Of a stretch of 64,000 bases of DNA, positions 42,801-51,800 are shown one piece after another. The notes under the pieces were generated by a model. That model was not told the origin of the DNA. It did no database searches and saw nothing but the letters and a program-made list of their open reading frames with translations. A program made the translations under genes and the position numbers. The stretch lies in IMG/VR virus record IMGVR_UViG_3300007345_000001; one strand, written 5' to 3'. Position 1 is the first letter of the stretch. Every line of letters starts with the position of its first letter. Source of the DNA: a virus.

Positions 42801-45800
42801 GTAGAACCATTGTACACAGGATCAAAGTCTACAAGACGTACAGCCATTGCAGAATGCTTATCTTGTGAAGGAATACGTACAGCAAACATCTTAGCAATAA
42901 CATCTGGAATAGGAACATTTTTGTTCTCAATTAAATCCATTACTTCTTTATAGTGCGCTGGTATAATAGCCTCAGCATATCTAACATTTGTTTTAACCCA
43001 AGTACTAGGGTCTTCAGTAACCTTATCATACTCTGGTAAGTTAATTCTTAACCTATCTATTACAGTAACAGATTGACCAGGGTTATTAGCTAAAGCATCT
43101 CTAAGCTCTTGCATACCCTCTTCTGTTCTTATATCAATGGTTACGGATTGACCAGACTTATCAAAGTTCTTTCTTCTTATAACTTCTTGCTTATCTATAT
43201 TACCCTCAGCATCTAAAGAGTATACTTTTCTAATAACACCTTTACCAAAGTCAGACTTAAGTGCAAGTGACATACCTGGTGTTTTTTGTGCAAGAACTTT
43301 CTTACTAAAGTATGCTAAGAAGAATTGCTCAAACTTAGGAATTGTAAGCGTATTGTTTAATTCATATTTAGCCTGACCATTTTCATCAGCAAAGAACTCA
43401 ATCATATTACTACCTGCAGCAGAAGCTTTAAGATTGGCTTGTGCAGTTCTAATAAACGTAGCTAAGTTTGGTTCAATGCTCCCTGATCTCTCTAGTTCAT
43501 TTACAATGTTACCATCAATGTGTGGTAATAGATCAAATATCAAGTTTCTTTTTTGTGCATAGTCAAATCTTACACCAGCAGCTACAAGTCTATGATACTC
43601 TTCTCTCACATCATTCATGCTTAGGTCTTCCCCAGCTATTCTAACTTTAAAGTCTTCTCCTTGATATTGTTCAGATGTAATTAAAGACTTAATCTGAGTT
43701 GGTATAGTTATCTCAAGTTTGTTAGATGGATTGATCATTTGTCTACCAAAATCTCTTGCATTTAAAAGAGTAACTTCATCTTGAGTAATTACATTTCTAG
43801 AACCAGATAATGTTTCAACAGGTAATATATTTTGCTTCAACATTTTTACTGCACTTGTTGGAGCCACAATAGCAACCTTACCTTGATTTTCTGCTTCAAA
43901 AGCTTCCATGTTTTCACGCATGTAGTGAAGCTCTTCCATTCCGGGTCTTGGTCTAAGTACACCGTCAACTTCTATAGAAGTTTCTTCTTTAGTTAAAACA
44001 ACAGTAGACATCTTTAAGAAAGTCTGACCATCTCCATATACATACTTCTTAGAATTCAGATAAGCATTTGCTGGTTGATATTTACCAAACCAATCTTCAG
44101 AAGTAATTTCTTCACCTCTCTCAATCTTATCTAACATTTCTGCAAACTCCTCATTTAATTGACCAAGACCATATGCAAAGTATCTTGCCCCTTTTGCAGT
44201 AACATATGTCTGAGCATCTGCTTTATCACCTTTTCTGTTACCAGGTACTGCACCATTTGTATAACGCTGTTCAAATGCAGGATCTGTTATAGTCATCAAA
44301 GCAATTGATTCATCTCCTAATGTATGCTCAATACCTACCTCTTCTTCTGGTATTACATCAAATGCTACACTATCATGTGCTGCATTCTGCATTTTAGCAC
44401 GCTTAATTGGATCAACAACAGCATCTTTAAATAGTCTTGCCTCTTCACCAAGAATTAATTCATTGATAGCAAGAGTATTCATCCAGTTGTTTAAGAAAAT
44501 TTGCTTTAGATTTTGCTCTACATTATTTCTAACTAAGTTTAATTCAGCCATTGCTTTCTCAGTAGAATCTGTTTGTGCAAAGTTTCCTTGAATTAAACTT
44601 GAAACATTAATACCACTGGCTTTAACTAAATTAACAAAGTCTTGTGCTGTAGCTTCAAGAACTTGTCCAACTTCTTTAGCAATATCATCTCTGCTTATAT
44701 CTTTCCATTGAACACCTTTTTTAGCTTTTGCAATTAAATCAGCTTTAGTTTCTAGTGAGATTAAGTTATCTGCTTTAAAGAATTTAAAACCATTACCCTG
44801 ATCTGTGTCATTGTAATTTTTAATTGCACCTAAACCAGCTTCAAAGTTATCTCTAATAATATTGTACTCTTTTTCTATGATGTCAGTAAATACATCTATA
44901 GTACTCTCTGTTATCTTACCATCTTGTATTGTAGTGTTAACCGGCAATGATATCATATCATTAGTATTTGCAGACTCTAGTATTCTAATAAGAACAGGAG
45001 CTGTAGCAGCAGATTGACCTTCTGCTTCAATAATATTATTTTTACCACTCTTAGTGTTATAATCAGCAACGTATAGGTTGATTAATACTCTAATGAAGTC
45101 AACAGATTTAAAGTCTCCATAAGTTTGACCCATGGACGGTGTGTAATCTTCTAAAGTATTGTCCTCTTCATTAGTCTTTATTTTACCAGCATTTAAACCA
45201 GCAACTCTGATAATACCAAGTTGGTTATCTTTAGACATCTGTCTAAAAATTGGATTATTAAGTAATGAGTTTAGCTCAAATTGCTCAGATAAATCTGATA
45301 TAGTATCAGCCTCATTTAACTCATTTATTCTTTTAAGATGATATGTTTGATTTTGATGTGCATATACTAAGTTACCATTAGGATCTTCAAACACAGTATT
45401 ACCAACACTCTCATCAAACAAAGCATTACCAAGAGCAATAGACTTTAATCTACTACTCATACCAGCACCTTGATCATCAATAAATAAATTCTGAGGTTTT
45501 GGAATATTAGTCTTCTTCTTACCATTAACAATAATCTCCTCAGCACTTAGCATATTAACTAAGATGTTTGAGTCTTCAGATGTCATCAATCTTTTATCTG
45601 ATCCAAGTTGAACTAATTGTTCTTGATATTTAGTTCTAACACCACTCAAAGATGAAGCAATGCTTATCTCTAAATACAAAGGACTTAACTTAATACCAAG
45701 TTTATCAAAGATCTCCTTAGATAATCTATTGGATTCACTTGACAAAAGTTTATTAGTTATAGTCTTCTTGTTTAAAAGCTTATCTAAAGCATTAACTACA

Positions 45801-48800
45801 GAGATTGCTTCATTAAGTTTTTGTCTATTTGTTCTAAACAACTCAAACTTATCATTAAAACCTTTCTTCCAGTAATCAATTTGACTATTAGCTGCATCTC
45901 TATTTGATGCTGAGAAGATTGCAACATTACTTGCATTATCTTCTTGCTCAAAATGGAAAATATAATCTACTCTTGAGTTTGTAAATGTTGTTACAAATTC
46001 ATTAAAGAGTTTAGATTTTTTAATTTTCTTTGGTAGTTCATTACTCTCCATTAATGTTTCAGCATCAATGCCGGTTCTTCTAAAGAACTCATCTACAACT
46101 GCACCTGAATGCTCATTTCTACGTGAGAAAATATACATTGCTTTTAGTATGTCAGCTGTATTTGTCTTATTCATTGCAGCTAACATCAAACCATTGTAGA
46201 CATCAATGTGATCAACGGGAACCTTAATCTTTTGACCGTCTAATAACTCTACGTTACCAAACATATCTTTGGAGTCTATTGCAACACTAGCAATAAACAT
46301 TCTAATATTTTTACTTGCTGATGCATACCCACCAAATTGGTTAGCATCTTTATTGTAGTCACCAACACGTCTTGGACCAAACTCATCTTCAAGTTGGTCT
46401 ACTTCATCTTCCTGCTCCTCTATCTTAATGTTTACAATATCTAGGTGTTGTTCTACAGCATCTGCAACCGCTTCACCCTCATTCATTATAAGAGCATCAT
46501 ATATGTTTTCTAGTTTATCAAAATCTTTTTCTGATAAACTATTATATTTCTCTTGTTCTGGATTATATAATTCTCCGTACTTATCTATGATTGTTCCAAG
46601 AAGATCTTTATCATTAAGTTCTCCATATTTAGTATCTTGTCTTCTTTCTACATAAGTATTACCAATCATTCTAATAAGAAGATTAGCCGTAGAAGGATCT
46701 AAGTATTTTGCTGAAGTCATCTTATCACCAGAAATAACTTCATAAGGAATAATCTTAAAGGTATCTACAATAACATCATTCTGTAATCCTCTTGTATAGA
46801 TGTTATCTTGTATAGCTGCATTCTTAAACTTACGTGAATCAATTGCTTCAAAAAGATTTGTAAGTTCATTACCTCTATAACCTTTTAATACAGATCTAAT
46901 CCACTGAAGAAGTCTGTTAAAGAATGACTTGATTGCAGAATTAGTTTTAGTATCTCTAGGATTAGTTTTGAACTTCTCAAACTCATCCGCCATGTATTCT
47001 TCTAAGTACTCATTCTCTAGATCTTTAGAAGACATAGCTCTATACTTAGGATGCAAGTTTTTGAATCTACTTAACTCATTTAAGTAAGCCTCTCTTGTTT
47101 TAAATTTCTTTCTTACTTCATCTTTTGCAAGTCTTCTTAATTTAGCTTGCTCCTCATCTGTAAGTAGTAATCTATAAACAGCGTGAAATGCTTCATGGTA
47201 TCTGTATGAATTACCCACACCTGTGTATATAGTACCTTCTATATCAAGATTACCAGCAAGACGTTTTAAATACATTGTAAACTGACCCACTTGGATACCA
47301 CGTTCAGTAAGTCTTGTATGTAATTCATCAAGATCTCTTACCTGAATAAACTCTGGTAAGTTTTCTTTTGCCCATACAAGGAAGCTTTCTAATGTATACT
47401 CTTCTCCAAAAGACTCTGTAGGATCTAATACTTTAAATGCATTAAGATCATTACGTTTCTTTTCTAATGCTCTAAGTTTATTTAGAGCTGCTTGATATGA
47501 CTCAGACTCTCTCTTAAGAACTCTTCTGTTCTTCTTAGTCTTAGCCCACTCAGCTTCAATAAGAGCCTTTTCTTTTTCTAACTCTTGCTCAGCTTCTTCA
47601 ATTTGTTTATCTAATGTAGACTCTTCTGTTGGAGTAGAGCTCTGCATACTGGCCATTGCTATAAGAGCTTCTATATCTTCTCTGCTCTTAAGAACCTCTG
47701 CTTCTCTATCAGTAAGGCTATCTCTACCTTCACTTACAACCTTGGCTGCAATACCTCTTGTTATATCAGATGATATATCTTGGAAGTCATTCTTTTTGAA
47801 TTCTTCATACAATGCATCATCCATTGTTTGAAGATCTGTATTTTCTTTTAGATCTTCAACTCTTTTTCTTTCTTCTAATATTTTATTAATCTCAGCTGTT
47901 TTAGCATTAAAGATTGCAATATCTTTTTCATCACTTAATTGATCACCCTTTTGAATTAAATCAGCAATTCTTTCTAAAGTTTCTTGTGATACGTTTCCTG
48001 TATTAACAAATTCAGCATACTCATCAGAAGTAGTATCTTCTACAGAATTGTTTACTATCTTTTCTGCACTGCTTAAATCAGCACTTGTTGTCATGTAAAC
48101 CTTTTGTCCAAATCTTACACGTCTATCAAGATCTGTTTTTGTTTTACCTACAATCTCATCAATAGCAGCATCAATTGGGAATACTTGCAGCAATGACTCT
48201 TCCGTAAAGTTGAGCTTATAAGGACTGCTTTCATTAAATTGTTTTACTGCAGGATTATTACTTAATTTAGTAAATAAAGAAGCTAAGGTAGCTGGATCTT
48301 TAGCATACTCATCTAACTGCTGAGGTGTAATCTTAACCTGTGATATAAATGCAGTAGGTGCACTCTTTCCAACTTTAATGCGTAATACAATGTTTCCTTT
48401 TAGATCAACTTTTAAATCTAAGAAAGCAGGAGAAAGATTAGGATTGATTGGAATATAAAACTTAGCATTAAAGCTATCATTCCAAGCATATAAATCTTTT
48501 TTCTCTACTTTACCATCTTTAACTTCTTGAGCTTTTTCTATAAGTTCTTTGTAAAGAGTAACTCTTTCTTCTTGTGAATATGGTGCTTGTTTTAATTGAG
48601 CTAAGGTAATAGCACCATTTGGTGATTTAATAATAGCAACATATCTACCTAGAGTCCTTGCTTCATTAAACATATTAGACTGACCACCAGATACACTTTG
48701 TGCTTTTAACTGAGCTTCTACACCATTAATAAACTCAGCATCATCTTCTAGATTTGTAACATATGAAAGACCCAAACCTCCACCTTTTTGTTTGGTGTTA

Positions 48801-51800
48801 ATCATAATGATCATATTACCATCAAACGTGTTATGATCAAGTTCTTCTAAAGAAACAGGTTCTTTACCTTGCTCAAACTTACCATTAGTAAGAACAATGT
48901 CAAAGTCAGTAGCTTCTCTAAACTCAGCCATCTTAAAGGCTTTGTTATTGCTGTCTTTCATTAACTCATCAACCTTACCAATAAAGTAAGCTTGTTGAGC
49001 TGCTGCATTTTTAAGATCAGCAGCACTAACGCCTTCAGGTGTTATATATCTCTCAATCTTGCTATCTTCAATAGCTGAGATATTTATTTCTTTACCTTTA
49101 ACCCCAGTAAAAGAATACTGGTCATTGGCAATAAAACCAATACTACCTCCAAAATCTTCTGGATATGCATAGATACTATCTTCTAAAGCTTGTTGTACTT
49201 TGTTAGCAGCATCTTGCTCCAATACAATTTCAATATGATATTTATCTCCATTATCATTTACAAAAGCATTTTCAGGAGTTATACCAATCTGTAATTTAAT
49301 AGGCTCTCTTCTGTCATTTCTAATAATAACAATAGTGGCTTTTGCTAAGTCTTCTTCAGATAATACACTTAAAGCTCTAGCCAATCTCTCATTTGGGTTA
49401 ATACCTTTTTCAGTATCTCCTTCAAATCTTCTACCATATAAGGCAGACATATCTTTAGGATCTAGCTTACTCATATTCTCAGTAAACGTAACACCTTTAA
49501 AAGACTGCTCTACTTTACTATATAGATCAGAAAAACTAGTCTCTTCTGCAAAGAATGATGCAGCTTCTCTTTCTTGACCTTGAAGTTCTCTGTCTTCAAA
49601 ACGTAATAGTTTAAGCTTAGCCCCTTTATCTGTAGACACAGATGTTCCAAGTACAATAAACTTATTACCCTGAGCATCTTCTACTTCATCTAAATATTTT
49701 AATTCTATACCATCAAATTCATAAGTAGAATCTTCTGGTCTGTTTTGTAAAAGCTTTTTGTAAGATTCAACAGCTTTATCTAATGATATCTCATTTGCTT
49801 TGCTAACACCTGCTCTATCCAGTTCTTGTTGTGATAGCTGCACACCATTATTATCTGTAAGGGTATACATAATCTGTTGATCTTCTTCAGATGTAGGATC
49901 ACCAACTCTTCTTTCTAAGATATTAATACCCGGACCTTTTTGAATCCATCTTTTGTTAGGATCATCTTCTACTACAGAATCAAGACCAACACCAGTTGTG
50001 TCCATCTCAACATCACTAAATCTAATACCACCAAGCATCAATGCTCTTGATACAAGAGGATCTTCTTTTTGTGACATCAACCATGATTGGAATCCATCAT
50101 CTTCTTTATATGCTTTCTCAATCTGTTCTTCAGTAAGATTAGATTTAGTTAAAGAAACATACCACATCTTCTTTAACTTCTCTAATGCTTTTACAGCACC
50201 TCTACCTTCTCTACTGTTAACCCATTCATCTAGTGGTAAGTATTCCTCACCTTTACTAAACTGATCTAACTTGTATTTGGCATAGAGGTTTAATAAGATT
50301 TCTTGGGCAAATGGAGACTGATCTTCTACCAAAAGGTTAGCATCTGGTGCTTCATCCATTTCAGCTTGTAAGTCATCAGGTATTTCTTGTGAATCTATTT
50401 CATCAAAAGCTTCTTCTGGCGTAGCTGTGTCTTTTTTAGCTTCTGCCTTTTCTTGTTTTGCTTTTGCTAAATCCTCTTTTGTTTGAGTGTAATTATTCAA
50501 GATAGCTTGAATCTTACTCCATAACTCAGGATCAGCTTGTGGAAATACTTTACCGTTTTCTGTATAAAAGTCTTTTAACTTTGATACATCTTTGGTTTTA
50601 AGGAATTCTAATACTTGTGCAGCATCTGGGTAAACACCAAGTTCTTTAAACTGTGATACAACCTGATTAGCTTCTGCATCTTCAACAGCTCCTTTTACAT
50701 TCTTTTCAAACTGAGCTTTGTTGTTATCAAATACTACTTTAAGATGATCACCAATTCTATCAATAATATCTGTTACCTTATCTGGATTACTAAATAGAGA
50801 AACCGTTCTGCTATATAACTGAGCTCTCTTGTCTAAGTTATTATGATCAACAAGAGCATAAAGTACTTCATCAATTAAATCTTCTTTAACAAAACCACCT
50901 TTGTTCTCTGCTAACTTTTCTAAGTATTGAACTAAGGGTTTTCTTAAAGCTTCAAGTTTTTCTCTATCATATACACCAGACTCTTCATCATATATATTCT
51001 CAAGAGCAGCTCTATATCCGGCAAGAGCAATTAACTTATCCTCTTTTTCTTTTATAAGCTTCTCATCTTTTTCTTCAGCTTGATTTAATACTTGAACCTC
51101 TTGCAATAACAGTTTGTTTTCTGCATCAATAGAATCCGTTGATAAAAGAACAGTAAGATCATCAGTATCTAACTGATCACCCATTACACCAGAAGTCTTA
51201 AGATAATTATTAAGCTTATCTCTACGGTTTAATGCTTGTGCAAATGAATCACCTGCAAACAAGTATAACAATCTAGCATGTTCTACAGCTAAATGTTTTT
51301 GTCTTGTTTGATTATACTCTCTACTACCTTTCTTATATTGTTTAAAGTTGTAAGGATTTACAATCTTATCATATGATGCTTGATATTCTTTAGTAAACTT
51401 CTTAAGGTCATCAATAGATCTTTGAATATATTCTTGACCTTTGCCTGGTTCAATGATATCCTCAAACTGAGGAAACATTTCTTTGAGCTCCTCTTTGCTT
51501 AGTTTACTTATATCTTCAAGCTGTTCTAAATATAAACTTTCAGTACCAGAAGACATCATAAAGTATCTATTCATAAATGCAGAAGCATCTTTTGCATCAT
51601 AAAATCCCATAGGATCTGCTTCAAATAGATTTCTTTCTGCATCTTCTTGAGTATCTTTCTGAAAGAATAAGTGTAGTCTTTTGTCATTAAAATAATCAAA
51701 AGGATTATCTTGAATATCATTACCAACTTCATTTACTCTTGCCTCAAACTTTTCCATGTTTTCCTGATACTTCTTATAAGCTTCAGGATTTCTTTTTCTC

